From contig CALFZH010000056.1 in the NCBI GenBank assembly GCA_937952215.1, forward strand, positions 16,425-80,424: a DNA stretch of 64,000 bases, read 5' to 3'. Below are positions 1 through 10,571 of the stretch, piece after piece. The notes under the pieces were generated by a model, which saw only the letters and a program-made list of their open reading frames with translations, did not search any database and had not been told where the DNA came from. The translations under genes and the position numbers were made by a program. How positions within the stretch are numbered: position 1 is the stretch's first letter; every line of letters starts with the position of its first letter. The stretch is from an uncultured bacterium. Its GTDB lineage: Bacteria; Planctomycetota; UBA1135; UBA2386.

Positions 1-2
1 CC

Positions 3-1016
3 CGCATCGTGCGCTCGACCGGCGGCTTCGAGGGCCAGGTCGAGTACTTCATGAAGCGCGAGCACTTCAACCAGGTGATGGGGCTGCCGCTGGCGACGCC
101 GATCGACGTCGACGCGATCGCCTGGTCCCCGAACTACGGCGTGTTCTTCTCGCTCGACGTCGATACGCCAGCGCTGCTGGCGTGCGGTCCGGCACTCGTG
201 CGCGACGGCGACCTGCTGTGCGTGCCCGCTTGGGCGATCACCTGGACGCCCGACATGCGGGTCGGCGCCGTCCTCGCGAACACCGCGCAGGTGGTGATCA
301 CCGAGGCGCAGTTCGATGCGTTCGTGGTCGCCGCCAACGTCGCCAACCGCTTCGGCGGCTGCGTGCCGAACGCCGTCGACCTCGAGTCGGTCGAGATCGA
401 CTGGTCCTCGACCGGCTCGGCGATCGTCGGCTGCCCCGGCTCGCCGCTGACGGTGCCCGACTTCCTGTTCACGACCGAGACGATGACCGGCGCCTCGGTG
501 CTGACCACGGCCGGCGGCGGCGCGATCTGGAGCGGCATGTGCATGCCGGCCGGACGCACCTGCGGCTTCGGCCCGACGATGGGCCCGCAGATGGGCATCC
601 AGTCCGCCGGACTGATCGGCGCGCCGAGCTACGTCAACTCGCTGTGCACGACCTTCACGCGGACCAACGTGCTCGAGCCGCAGCAGCACGCGCAGAACCT
701 GTTCCCCTTCGGCGCTCCGCTCGGCGCGACGGTGATCGACTACAACTCGCCGTTCAACTTCAACGTCGCGCTGATCGAGTTCATCACGCTGCCGATCCCC
801 GGCTCGATCACGGTTGCGCCGACGTTCTCGCCGACGTGCTTCCCGGACCTCTACGCGCAGAGCCTGATCACCTGGTGGTGGCCCAACTTCGGCCAGTTCG
901 GCAGCTTCCCGATGCCGCCGATCCCGGCCAACTACACCGGCGAACTGCTGTTCCAGCACGTCGGCTTCAGCTGGAACTTCGAACTCAGCACGCCGGCCAT
1001 CGTCGACATCAACTGA
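3..1016 (+). CDS. Hypothetical secreted/surface protein, 5'-truncated by the window edge
   Basis: ORF 9..1016 stays open in frame back to the window start. Third codon positions are GC-rich. The protein is Gly/Thr/Pro/Trp/Phe-rich with few charged residues. Its C-terminal 'LPIP...PIPANYTGELLFQ' pattern resembles the C-termini of the 21494..22603 and 48332..50236 products. A strong hairpin follows the stop. Confidence 0.6.
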   Translation, partial: RIVRSTGGFEGQVEYFMKREHFNQVMGLPLATPIDVDAIAWSPNYGVFFSLDVDTPALLACGPALVRDGDLLCVPAWAITWTPDMRVGAVLANTAQVVITEAQFDAFVVAANVANRFGGCVPNAVDLESVEIDWSSTGSAIVGCPGSPLTVPDFLFTTETMTGASVLTTAGGGAIWSGMCMPAGRTCGFGPTMGPQMGIQSAGLIGAPSYVNSLCTTFTRTNVLEPQQHAQNLFPFGAPLGATVIDYNSPFNFNVALIEFITLPIPGSITVAPTFSPTCFPDLYAQSLITWWWPNFGQFGSFPMPPIPANYTGELLFQHVGFSWNFELSTPAIVDIN

Positions 1017-1032
1017 CGATCGGCTGCTGGAT

Positions 1033-1356
1033 TCAGGAACGACCGCGCGGCGGGTGACAGGACCCCGCCGCGCGGTCGTTTCGTTCCGCCGCCTCGCGCG
1101 CGAACAGCAGCACGAGCATGCCGACGGCGACGACGAAGAGCTGCAGGTGCAGCCGACCCCAGCGGATGCCGGGCACCCAGTCCGGGTGATCGCTGCAGAG
1201 CGGCGGCGACCACCAGAAGGCATGACCCGCCTGCCACTGGCGCGGCGATTCGAGTCCGGCGGGCGAGTGCCAGAGCCACGGCGGACAGACGAGCATCACG
1301 CCGAGCGCTGCGAACGCGGTCCAGGCGATGCGCCGTTGCGCGCGCGAGAACGTCAT
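1033..1356 (-). CDS. Small hypothetical membrane protein (two predicted TM segments)
   Basis: 107-aa ORF with GC-rich third positions. It has two hydrophobic stretches (IAWTAFAALGVMLVCPPWLW and LQLFVVAVGMLVLLF) and lies directly downstream of the MATE gene on the same strand. Its last ~16 codons are encoded by the 1038-1080 hairpin, which lowers confidence. Confidence 0.45.
   Translation of the reverse strand: MTFSRAQRRIAWTAFAALGVMLVCPPWLWHSPAGLESPRQWQAGHAFWWSPPLCSDHPDWVPGIRWGRLHLQLFVVAVGMLVLLFAREAAERNDRAAGSCHPPRGRS
1038..1085 (+). terminator. Putative intrinsic terminator hairpin after the 3..1016 gene
   Basis: Perfect 17-bp stem AACGACCGCGCGGCGGG (1038-1054) / CCCGCCGCGCGGTCGTT (1064-1080) with a 9-nt loop, followed by TCGTT. 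It begins 22 nt after the stop codon. The T-tract is weak. Confidence 0.45.
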
Positions 1357-1413
1357 GCGCGATCGACGGACCGGCCGCTGCGGTTCTTCCGCGTGGCGCG
1401 CGGTGCCCGGGGA

Positions 1414-2892
1414 TCAGACGACGACCGTCTTCCACGTGCCGCGGCGGAACAGGATCACCGAGGCGACTGCGAACAACGACTCGGAGATCGGGATCGCCCA
1501 GATCACGCCGATCGCGCCGAGGTCGGTCCAGTACGCCGCTGCAGCGGCCAGCGGCACCTGGAACAGCCAGAAGAACCACACGTGCAGCCACGTCGGCGTC
1601 CTGGTGTCGCCAGCGCCGTTGAAGGCCTGCACGGCGACCATGCCCCACGCGTAGAACACGTAGCCGGCGGCGACGATGCGCAGCGTGGCGATGCCGTAGC
1701 GCGTCACTTCCGGGTCGGCGACGAACTGCGCGAGGATCGGCCCGGGCAGCAGTTCCATCACGACGGTCACCGCGGCGAGGAACAGCACGTCGTAGCGCGC
1801 AGTCAGCCACACCGCCGCCTCGGCGCGGTCGGGCAGCCGGGCGCCGAGGTTCTGGCCGACCAGAGTCGCGGCGGCGTTGCTCAGGCCCCAGGCCGGCAGC
1901 AGCGCGAACATGAGGATGCGGATCGCCGTCGTGTAGCCCGCACCCGCCGCGTCGCCCGACAGGTTCACCAGCTTGGTCAGGAACAGCCAGCTCGTGGTGC
2001 CGATCAGGAACTGGCCGATCGTGCCCGCCGACAGCCGGATCAGGCGCAGCATCGGCTCGAGGTCGAAGCGCACCAGGGCCGGCATCGGCACGCGGCACTT
2101 GCCGCGGACCAGCAGCCAGCACTGGAACAGCACCGCGGTCGTGCGGCCCACGCAGGTGGCGACCGCGGCGCCCTCGACGCCGAGTGCCGGGAACGGCCCG
2201 ATGCCGAAGATGAACAGCGGGTCGAGCGCGAGGTTCAGCAGGTTCGACAGCGCCAGCACCTTCAGGGCGAGCATCGGGTCGCCCGCACCTCGGAAGATCG
2301 CGTTCTGCAGGAACAGCAGCGTGATGATCGGCGTGCTGGCGAAGATCCAACGCGCGTAGCCAGCACCCACCGTCGGCGCGTTCGAGCCCTCGGTGGACAT
2401 CAGCGCGAGCAGTTCGGGCGCCCAGATCGCGCACGGCACGCCGATCAGCAGGCCGACCGCGATGCCGAGGCCGATCGCCTGTTGGGCCGCCGTCGTCGCG
2501 CCCGGCAGGTCCTTCTCGCCGACGCGTCGCGCGACCATCGCCGTCACCGCCATGCCCAGGCCGAACGCGATCGCGTAGACGATCGACAGCATGCCCTCGG
2601 TCATGCCGATCGCGGCGACGGCAGCGCCGCCGGTCGGGGTCGCGCCAAACCACCCCTCGTCGATCTTGTTGACCCACCAGATGTCGACGAGCGCGAACGT
2701 CGACTCGAGCGCCATCTCGAGCACCATCGGCACCGCGAGCAGCAGCACCGCGGTCGACAGCGGCCCCCTTGTGAAGTCGTGGTGCTCGCCGCGCAAGCTG
2801 CCGAGCACGTGTTGCCAGAACGAACGAGGCGCTGCTTCCGTCTGCATCGGGTGGCCGAGCCAGCCGGAGTCCGGCGGCGGGGCGCGGAGCAT
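1414..2892 (-). CDS. MATE family multidrug/toxin efflux transporter
   Basis: 492-aa polytopic membrane protein with a typical MATE N-terminus (LLLAVPMVLEMALESTFALVDIWWV), about 12 TM helices, and an internal duplication pattern. An alternative start exists at Met16 (2847). Confidence 0.9.
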   Translation of the reverse strand: MLRAPPPDSGWLGHPMQTEAAPRSFWQHVLGSLRGEHHDFTRGPLSTAVLLLAVPMVLEMALESTFALVDIWWVNKIDEGWFGATPTGGAAVAAIGMTEGMLSIVYAIAFGLGMAVTAMVARRVGEKDLPGATTAAQQAIGLGIAVGLLIGVPCAIWAPELLALMSTEGSNAPTVGAGYARWIFASTPIITLLFLQNAIFRGAGDPMLALKVLALSNLLNLALDPLFIFGIGPFPALGVEGAAVATCVGRTTAVLFQCWLLVRGKCRVPMPALVRFDLEPMLRLIRLSAGTIGQFLIGTTSWLFLTKLVNLSGDAAGAGYTTAIRILMFALLPAWGLSNAAATLVGQNLGARLPDRAEAAVWLTARYDVLFLAAVTVVMELLPGPILAQFVADPEVTRYGIATLRIVAAGYVFYAWGMVAVQAFNGAGDTRTPTWLHVWFFWLFQVPLAAAAAYWTDLGAIGVIWAIPISESLFAVASVILFRRGTWKTVVV

Positions 2893-2919
2893 AGCGAGGC
2901 GCGCGGCAGCGCCGCGCGA

Positions 2920-4065
2920 TCAGTCTGCGCAGGGCGCGGGTCGTATGCGATCGCGCTGCCAGAGCCAGAACAGGCCGAGTGCCGAGGCGGCGAGCCAGAA
3001 CACGAGTCGCGTCGCCAGTGGCGCCACGGTCGGCACGGACTCCGCGTCGGTTGTCGGGCGAGGGTCGATCGCGCGCACGGCGAGCGTGTGGCTCTGGGCG
3101 ATCGCCCTCCGGGTGCGTTCGCGGACCTCGTTCGACGCCGAGTCCCACAACGCGGGCACGGCGTCGACGGCGGCAAGCGTCGCCCACGGCGCGTCCGGCG
3201 TGGCGGCTGCGACGATCGCCGGCAGTTCGTCGGCGGCGCCGGTGCGCACCAGCGCGTCGATCGCCGCCGCCCGCGCGGCGTCGTCGGCGTGCAACATCGC
3301 GCGCAGGACCGTGCGCGCCGACACGGCATCGCTCGCGGCGAGTTGTCGCACCGCCTCGAGCTGGTCGCCGCTGTTGCTGCCGTGCGCTCGCACCGTGAGG
3401 CCGTTCCAGCCCTTGCCGTTGCCGCTCGCCAGCGCGAGCAGCGCCGCTGGCAACCACAAGCCGCCGTCCGAACGACCGCGCACTCGCAGATGGCCGTCGC
3501 CGGCCCAAGACGTCCACGTCACCTCTCCGCAGCGCATCGCGCCCAACTGCACGAGCGCCGCCAGCGGATCGCCGTCGGCGAGCGCTCCGGCGAGGTGGCC
3601 TGCGACCACGGCCAGGTCGAGCGTGCGCGGCGTGTGCAGCGCGCAAGCGTCGAGGCGCTGCAGCGCTTCGCGCCAAGGCCGTGGCACCACCACGTCCGCG
3701 GGCACGATCCAGTCCTCGACACCGTCGAGCGCGCACGCGAAGTGGATCGCCGGCCCGTCGCCGCAGGTCAACGTGCCATGGCAGGCGACGCCGTCGTCGG
3801 GCGGCTGCCCGAGCCTGGCGATGTGCGGCCGTCCGCCGGTCAGCGACAACCGCAACGCGCCGCGGGGGTCGACGTCGGCGGGCCACCATGGCTGATGCGG
3901 CATCCAGTGTTCGCAGGCCCAGGCCAGCGCCGGCAGGCGGCCGCGCGAACTGGCATCGGCGATCGCGACGTGCAGCGTCGGAACAGGTTCGTCTTGCGCC
4001 GGCAGGGTCGCCGGCAGTGCGAGCAGCGCCGCGGCGAAGGCGAGCTCAGCCGCGAGTGGTGACAT
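2920..4065 (-). CDS. Hypothetical exported protein with a C-terminal TM anchor and helical-repeat C-terminal half
   Basis: I placed the start at the internal ATG (4065) because it yields a signal peptide, MSPLAAELAFAAALLALPATLPAQ. The C-terminal hydrophobic helix is LVFWLAASALGLFWLW. It overlaps the upstream gene's stop by 20 nt. The ORF-track extension to 4194 is Arg/Thr/Ser-rich and non-protein-like. Confidence 0.7.
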   Translation of the reverse strand: MSPLAAELAFAAALLALPATLPAQDEPVPTLHVAIADASSRGRLPALAWACEHWMPHQPWWPADVDPRGALRLSLTGGRPHIARLGQPPDDGVACHGTLTCGDGPAIHFACALDGVEDWIVPADVVVPRPWREALQRLDACALHTPRTLDLAVVAGHLAGALADGDPLAALVQLGAMRCGEVTWTSWAGDGHLRVRGRSDGGLWLPAALLALASGNGKGWNGLTVRAHGSNSGDQLEAVRQLAASDAVSARTVLRAMLHADDAARAAAIDALVRTGAADELPAIVAAATPDAPWATLAAVDAVPALWDSASNEVRERTRRAIAQSHTLAVRAIDPRPTTDAESVPTVAPLATRLVFWLAASALGLFWLWQRDRIRPAPCAD

Positions 4066-5281
4066 CCTGCGACTCGTGCGGCTGCTCGGCGTCCTCCAGC
4101 GACTCGTGCGGCAGCTCGGTGTCCGCCAGCAGCAGGTCGTCGGCTGCGGGCTCGTCGGTCGGAGTATCGAGGGCTTGGGCTTGCGCCCAGGCATCGGAGG
4201 CGCCGTGCCGGTCGGTGAATTCCGCCGACGGCTGCACCAACGCGATCGTGGTGGTTGCTTCGGCTTCGGCTTCGGCGGTGTGCCGGCGTCGGCGCAGCAG
4301 CATCAGCATCACCAGCAGTGCCAACGGCGCGCTGCCGAACATCAGCTGCTCGTACGACGTCAGCCGGCGCCAGAACGCCACTGTCTCGGCCCACAGCGCG
4401 GTTGCGTTCTGCTTGGCGCGCTCGAGTTCGTCCGGCGGCTTCGCGAGGTCGTCCTTGCGGACCTGTGCGAGTGCGAGTTCGACCAGCGGGAGCAGTTCCT
4501 TGCCTTCGCTGCGGAGGCGGGCCTCGAGCGCACCTTGCGCCGTCGGCTCGCCGAGTTCGGCGGTCTGTCCGATCGCCCAGCGCCGGACCAGCAGTTCCCG
4601 GTGTCCGAGCAGCGCCAGCGCCAGCGTGACCTGCTGGTCGCGCGGCAGCTTCGGCGCCAGCGTCTGGCAGCACCAGGCCAGTGCTTCGCCGGTGCCTTCG
4701 GCACGGCTGTCGTGGATCGCGGTCGCGACCTGTAGCAGCCGGTCGGCGGCGCCGAGGTCGCAGAGGGACAGGAGCCCGGCTTGCAGGTCGGTGGCGGGAC
4801 CGGCTTCATCGCGGCGGCGCGCGTCGTCGAACATCGCCAACAGCGGCAGCAGCGCTGCCGGGCGGGCCAGCTTGCCGAGCAACTGCGCGGCGAACGTGCG
4901 CACGGTGCGGTCGGCGTCGTGCAACCCCTCGATGGCGGTCGACGTCGACGTGACGTCCTGGAAGCGCAGCATCGCCTGCATCGCGTGCGCGCGGGCGGCG
5001 GCGTGCGGGCTCTTCAGCGCGACCTCGTGCAGCGGCGGCAGGACGAGAGCGTCCTTGCTGCTGCCCAACGTCCACGCCGCGCGTGCAGCGGCGTCGGCGT
5101 CCGGCCCGAGCGCGATCGCGGCGAGTTCGGCCGCCTGGTCGGTGGCGCTGGCGTGGCCTGCCGTCGGCGGGGCCTGTTCCGACGTGGCCGGCGCCTCGAC
5201 CGCGGGCGGCGCGGGACGTGGCGACGGCGGAGCTTCCTGCGGAGCCAGGATCGACGCGAGGCAGAGTTCGAGCAGCCGCAT
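4046..5281 (-). CDS. HEAT/ARM-like repeat protein with a TM helix and acidic C-terminal tail
   Basis: It contains repeated helical units of HEAT type (e.g. DADRTVRTFAAQLLGKL, HRELLVRRWAIGQTAELG). A TM segment APLALLVMLMLL is followed by RRRR. I chose the start at Met28 (MRLLELCLASILA), which leaves an 86-nt divergent spacer to the kinase gene. Confidence 0.75.
   Translation of the reverse strand: MRLLELCLASILAPQEAPPSPRPAPPAVEAPATSEQAPPTAGHASATDQAAELAAIALGPDADAAARAAWTLGSSKDALVLPPLHEVALKSPHAAARAHAMQAMLRFQDVTSTSTAIEGLHDADRTVRTFAAQLLGKLARPAALLPLLAMFDDARRRDEAGPATDLQAGLLSLCDLGAADRLLQVATAIHDSRAEGTGEALAWCCQTLAPKLPRDQQVTLALALLGHRELLVRRWAIGQTAELGEPTAQGALEARLRSEGKELLPLVELALAQVRKDDLAKPPDELERAKQNATALWAETVAFWRRLTSYEQLMFGSAPLALLVMLMLLRRRRHTAEAEAEATTTIALVQPSAEFTDRHGASDAWAQAQALDTPTDEPAADDLLLADTELPHESLEDAEQPHESQDVTTRG
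4071..4130. repeat. In-frame tandem duplication, 2 x 30 nt (27/30 identical)
   Basis: Unit 1 is gactcgtgcggctgctcggcgtcctccagc (4071-4100) and unit 2 is gactcgtgcggcagctcggtgtccgccagc (4101-4130). They encode LADTELPHES / LEDAEQPHES in the acidic tail of the 4046..5281 product. Confidence 0.9.
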
Positions 5282-5367
5282 GCGGGGCTCATCGGCTCGA
5301 GAGCCGCCGTCACTACAGCCTGCGAGTGCATCAAGGCGGGTATTGCGCCGGTCCGATAGCACGGGAC

Positions 5368-6756
5368 ATGCGCCGTCAGGGATCCACCGAGCAGGGCACC
5401 GAGCTGATGCCGCAGCTCCTGCTCGCGCGTTGGAGCTGGTGGTGGCGGGTGTTGTTGGTGTCGGCGCCGTTGACCGGACTGGCGTTGCTCTGTGGCGCGA
5501 CGCTCCCGGTGACGATGCTGGTCCTGACGGTCGCGCTGATGTCGATGGTCGTCGAACGCACCGCCGTGCGCGCCGAAGCGAACCGGACGATGCAGCACGC
5601 GCTGCACGCAGCGCACGACGATGGCCAGCACCATGCCGCCGCCGCGACCGTGGCGCGGGAGACGTCGCTCGATCGCGTGCGCACGGTCCTGCAGGTCCTG
5701 CGCGAAGGCGTGCTCGTGATCGACCGTGAGGGACGCATCGTGATGGCGAACCCGGCGGCGATGCGCGCGATGGCCACGCCCGACCAGGACGTCGCCGGCC
5801 GACCGCTGTGGGAGGCGCTGGCGCCGCCGCTCGCGCAACGCGCCCGCGAAGCGTGGGAGAGCCTCCGCAACTCCCCGGCCGACGGTGCGCCGGGCCGGGT
5901 CATGTACTCCGGCATCCCGCTGCGCGACGTCGTCTACGACATGACCGCGCTCGAGGCGACTTCGGGGCGCACCGGACACGACTTCGGCGTGGTGATCGCG
6001 CTCGTCGACAGCACGCGGCAGTACGAGCTGCAGAGGCTCAAGGACCGCTTCCTTTCGAGCGTTTCGCACGAACTGCGCACGCCGTTGACCAACATCTGCG
6101 CCTACGCCGAACTGCTCGGTGAACTGCCTCCCGGCGGCGGCGCCGAGCTGACGGAGTTCGTCAACATCATCCACGACGAGGGACGCCAGCTCACCGCCCT
6201 CGTCGAGAGCATGCTCGACTACCTGCAGCTCGAGAGCGGCGAGGCGAAGTTCGCGAGCGACGTGCTCGACGGCGACGCCGTGATCCGCGCGTCCGCGAAG
6301 GCGTTCGCGGATGCGGCGTCACGGCGAGGGATCATGCTGACCACCGTGGTCGCGGATCACGTGCCGAAGCTGCTCGGTGACCACAAGCGCGTCGAGCAGG
6401 TGTTGCACAACTTGCTCGACAACGCGGTGAAGTTCACGCCGCCGGGCGGCACGGTGCGTCTCAGCCTGGCCGCGCATGCCGACGGTTGGCAGGTCCGCGT
6501 GGACGACTCGGGACCGGGCGTCCCCGAGGCGAGCCGGGAGAAGGTCTTCGAGAAGTTCCATCAGCTGCAGGACCACCTGACCGACAAGCCGTCGGGCGCG
6601 GGTCTCGGTCTGGCGACCAACCGCGCGATCGTCGCGGGCCTCGGGGGCCTGATCTGGTGCGAGGACTCGCCGCTGGGCGGCGCGGCGTTCGTCGTCGTGC
6701 TGCCGGGCGTCGGCGAGCCGAGCCTCGCGAGCGTCGGCAGCGGCGGCGGGTTCTGA
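5368..6756 (+). CDS. Membrane-bound PAS sensor histidine kinase
   Basis: The start is at ATG 5368 (MRRQGSTEQ). It has two N-terminal TM helices, a PAS-like segment (VLVIDREGRIVMANPAAMRAM), an H-box SVSHELRTPLTNI, and HATPase_c motifs (DNAVKFT, DSGPGV, GAGLGL). No response regulator is adjacent. Confidence 0.9.
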   Translation: MRRQGSTEQGTELMPQLLLARWSWWWRVLLVSAPLTGLALLCGATLPVTMLVLTVALMSMVVERTAVRAEANRTMQHALHAAHDDGQHHAAAATVARETSLDRVRTVLQVLREGVLVIDREGRIVMANPAAMRAMATPDQDVAGRPLWEALAPPLAQRAREAWESLRNSPADGAPGRVMYSGIPLRDVVYDMTALEATSGRTGHDFGVVIALVDSTRQYELQRLKDRFLSSVSHELRTPLTNICAYAELLGELPPGGGAELTEFVNIIHDEGRQLTALVESMLDYLQLESGEAKFASDVLDGDAVIRASAKAFADAASRRGIMLTTVVADHVPKLLGDHKRVEQVLHNLLDNAVKFTPPGGTVRLSLAAHADGWQVRVDDSGPGVPEASREKVFEKFHQLQDHLTDKPSGAGLGLATNRAIVAGLGGLIWCEDSPLGGAAFVVVLPGVGEPSLASVGSGGGF

Positions 6757-6930
6757 CCCTCGCGGCGGCGGCGCCCCCGCAGTCGGCCCGTTGACCGGAC
6801 GGCCCCTGCCGCTAGCCTTCTCGCCCTTTCATCCCGGGCAACCGACGCCGCGGGTTGCTCCCGGGTGCGGCGGCAGCGCCGGGGTTTGGTTTTGCCTGCC
6901 GCGCCGTCCCGCGCTCCTGCGCGATTCCGC

Positions 6931-9051
<2,121 letters not shown>

Positions 9052-9066
9052 TCGCGACGCGCGCGG

Positions 9067-9396
9067 TCAGGCACCGAGCAGTTCGATGCCTTCGTGCGCG
9101 AGTGCGAGCAGGACGCACGGCGGATCGCCCGCGGCGCCGGTCGCGAACGGCGCGTGTTCGCTGCCGTCGTCGTGCACGACGAACGAGCCGGCCCGGTGCT
9201 CGCCGTGGTCGTCGCGATAACCGCCCTGCACGACGAGCAGGCGTTCTTCGCCGTGGTGGCGGTGGCGCGGGTAGCCGCACCCAGGGTCCATCCGGATCAG
9301 CACCAGCGTCCGCCCGGTGGCCCGGTCGCTGGCGTAGAAGTGCACGGCAACGCCGCGGTAGCGCGTCGGGCGCCACGGGATCGCGGCGAGGTCCAT
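9067..9396 (-). CDS. Cupin-domain protein (ChrR-like cupin)
   Basis: Internal ATG at 9396 (MDLAAIPW...). Cupin metal motif GYPRHRHHGEERLLVVQG...GSFVVHDDGSEH. The longer ORF-track form adds a non-conserved-looking extension. Confidence 0.75.
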   Translation of the reverse strand: MDLAAIPWRPTRYRGVAVHFYASDRATGRTLVLIRMDPGCGYPRHRHHGEERLLVVQGGYRDDHGEHRAGSFVVHDDGSEHAPFATGAAGDPPCVLLALAHEGIELLGA

Positions 9397-9463
9397 GGCC
9401 GCAGCGTAGGCGCGTCCCGCCGCGCGGCAATCCTCACCCGCGGCCGGTATCCTGCGCGGCCCG

Positions 9464-9964
9464 ATGACGGCACCGCGCGAAAGCTGGTCGATCGCGATCG
9501 ACAAGGACTACCTGAAGTTCAGTGCTGCGCACTTCCTGATCTTCCCGGACGGGTCGGCGGAGCGGCTGCACGGCCACAACTACAAGGTGTTCGTCGACGT
9601 GCACACCGATCTCGATGCGCACGGGCTCGTCGTCAACTTCCAGGAGATCAAGCCGATGATCCGCGAGTTGTGCGACGAACTCGACGAGCATCTGCTGCTG
9701 CCGGGCCAGCACCCGGTCCTGACCGCCGTGCGCACGGGTGAGCACTTCGACATCCGGTACCGGCAACGGCGCTACCTCGTGCCGGCCGATGAAGTGATCG
9801 TGCTGCCGATCGGCAACACCAGCGCCGAGAACCTCGCCAGTTGGTTTGGCCGCGCCCTGCGGCAGCGCATGGCGGCGAAGTGGCCGAAGCTCGCCCTGCG
9901 GAGGCTCGAGGTCGGAGTCGAGGAGACCGCGGGCCAGCGCGGGATCTGGACGCTGCAGGAGTAG
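9464..9964 (+). CDS. 6-pyruvoyl-tetrahydropterin synthase / QueD family protein
   Basis: The Zn-ligand pattern is present: FSAAH...RLHGHNY, plus LDEH. It aligns by eye to E. coli QueD (FEAAHRL...CGRLHGHSF), but the catalytic Cys position is Ala. Confidence 0.85.
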   Translation: MTAPRESWSIAIDKDYLKFSAAHFLIFPDGSAERLHGHNYKVFVDVHTDLDAHGLVVNFQEIKPMIRELCDELDEHLLLPGQHPVLTAVRTGEHFDIRYRQRRYLVPADEVIVLPIGNTSAENLASWFGRALRQRMAAKWPKLALRRLEVGVEETAGQRGIWTLQE

Positions 9965-9967
9965 GCG

Positions 9968-10276
9968 TCAGCCGTTGGCGGCGCGGGCGGCGGCGATCGG
10001 AAAGCCGTGCAGCCAGCGCGCGGGGCGGTCGCCGCAGTTGCGCACCGTGTGGCGCGTGCCGGCCGGGATTCGCAGTTCGTCTCCCGTCACGAGCCGCAAC
10101 GTGCGCCCGTCCATCTCGACCTGGCAATCGCCGTCGAGCAGCAGCACGAGTTCGTCGACATCGTGCAGGAAGTCGTGCCAGATCTGGTCGGGTGGATCGA
10201 TCCAGATCTCGCACGAAAAGCCGAGCCGTGCCCAGTGCTCCCGCACGGCGTGCAGTTCGTGTTTTGCAGGCTGCAT
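9968..10276 (-). CDS. Small cupin-domain protein
   Basis: Internal ATG 10276 (MQPAKHEL...) is preceded by GGAGA. Cupin-like motifs: WHDFLHDVDELVLLLDGD...GDELRIPAGTRHTV. The upstream part of the ORF-track ORF is Arg/Pro/Ala-rich junk. Confidence 0.7.
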   Translation of the reverse strand: MQPAKHELHAVREHWARLGFSCEIWIDPPDQIWHDFLHDVDELVLLLDGDCQVEMDGRTLRLVTGDELRIPAGTRHTVRNCGDRPARWLHGFPIAAARAANG

Positions 10277-10530
10277 CCCAAGTCTCCGGGTGGTGAACCG
10301 TGACTCCGCGGCGTGCCGCGTTCCGTTGCGGCTGCCAGGTGCTCGATCCCAGGTGCGTGCCGCAGGTGGTGACTGCGGTTGACCGAATGAAACCACGGCT
10401 GGTGTCGAAAGGAAAGCAACTGGCGCCCCGTGTGGTGCGGCGCCGCGGTGGGCACGGCGGATCCCTCTTGGGTGGTGCACCGGCCGCTGCATCTAGCCGG
10501 CGTGCGGCGCCGGTAACAGTCGGCGGCGGC

Positions 10531-10571
10531 GGCAACAAAAGGAGCCGAGGCTGGTAGGAGCCAGCCTCGGC
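10531..10571 (-). terminator. Rho-independent terminator (minus strand)
   Basis: 11-bp perfect stem: GCCGAGGCTGG (10544-10554) pairs with CCAGCCTCGGC (10561-10571) around a 6-nt loop. On the minus strand it is followed by TCCTTTTGTT. Confidence 0.55.

Noticed and set aside
932-4062. Very long overlapping ORFs (932..3889 minus strand, 985 aa; 1054..4062 plus strand, 1002 aa). There are many similar ones elsewhere: 12250..14685, 15890..18496, 18648..20885, 34042..36564, 36186..38765, 39398..41944, and 58578..63689 (1703 aa).
   Set aside because: Their translations are monotonous Arg/Ala/Pro/Gly-rich strings with no motifs. They lie antisense or out of frame to genes that have clear family signatures. 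Stop-codon depletion in ~70% GC DNA produces such shadow ORFs.
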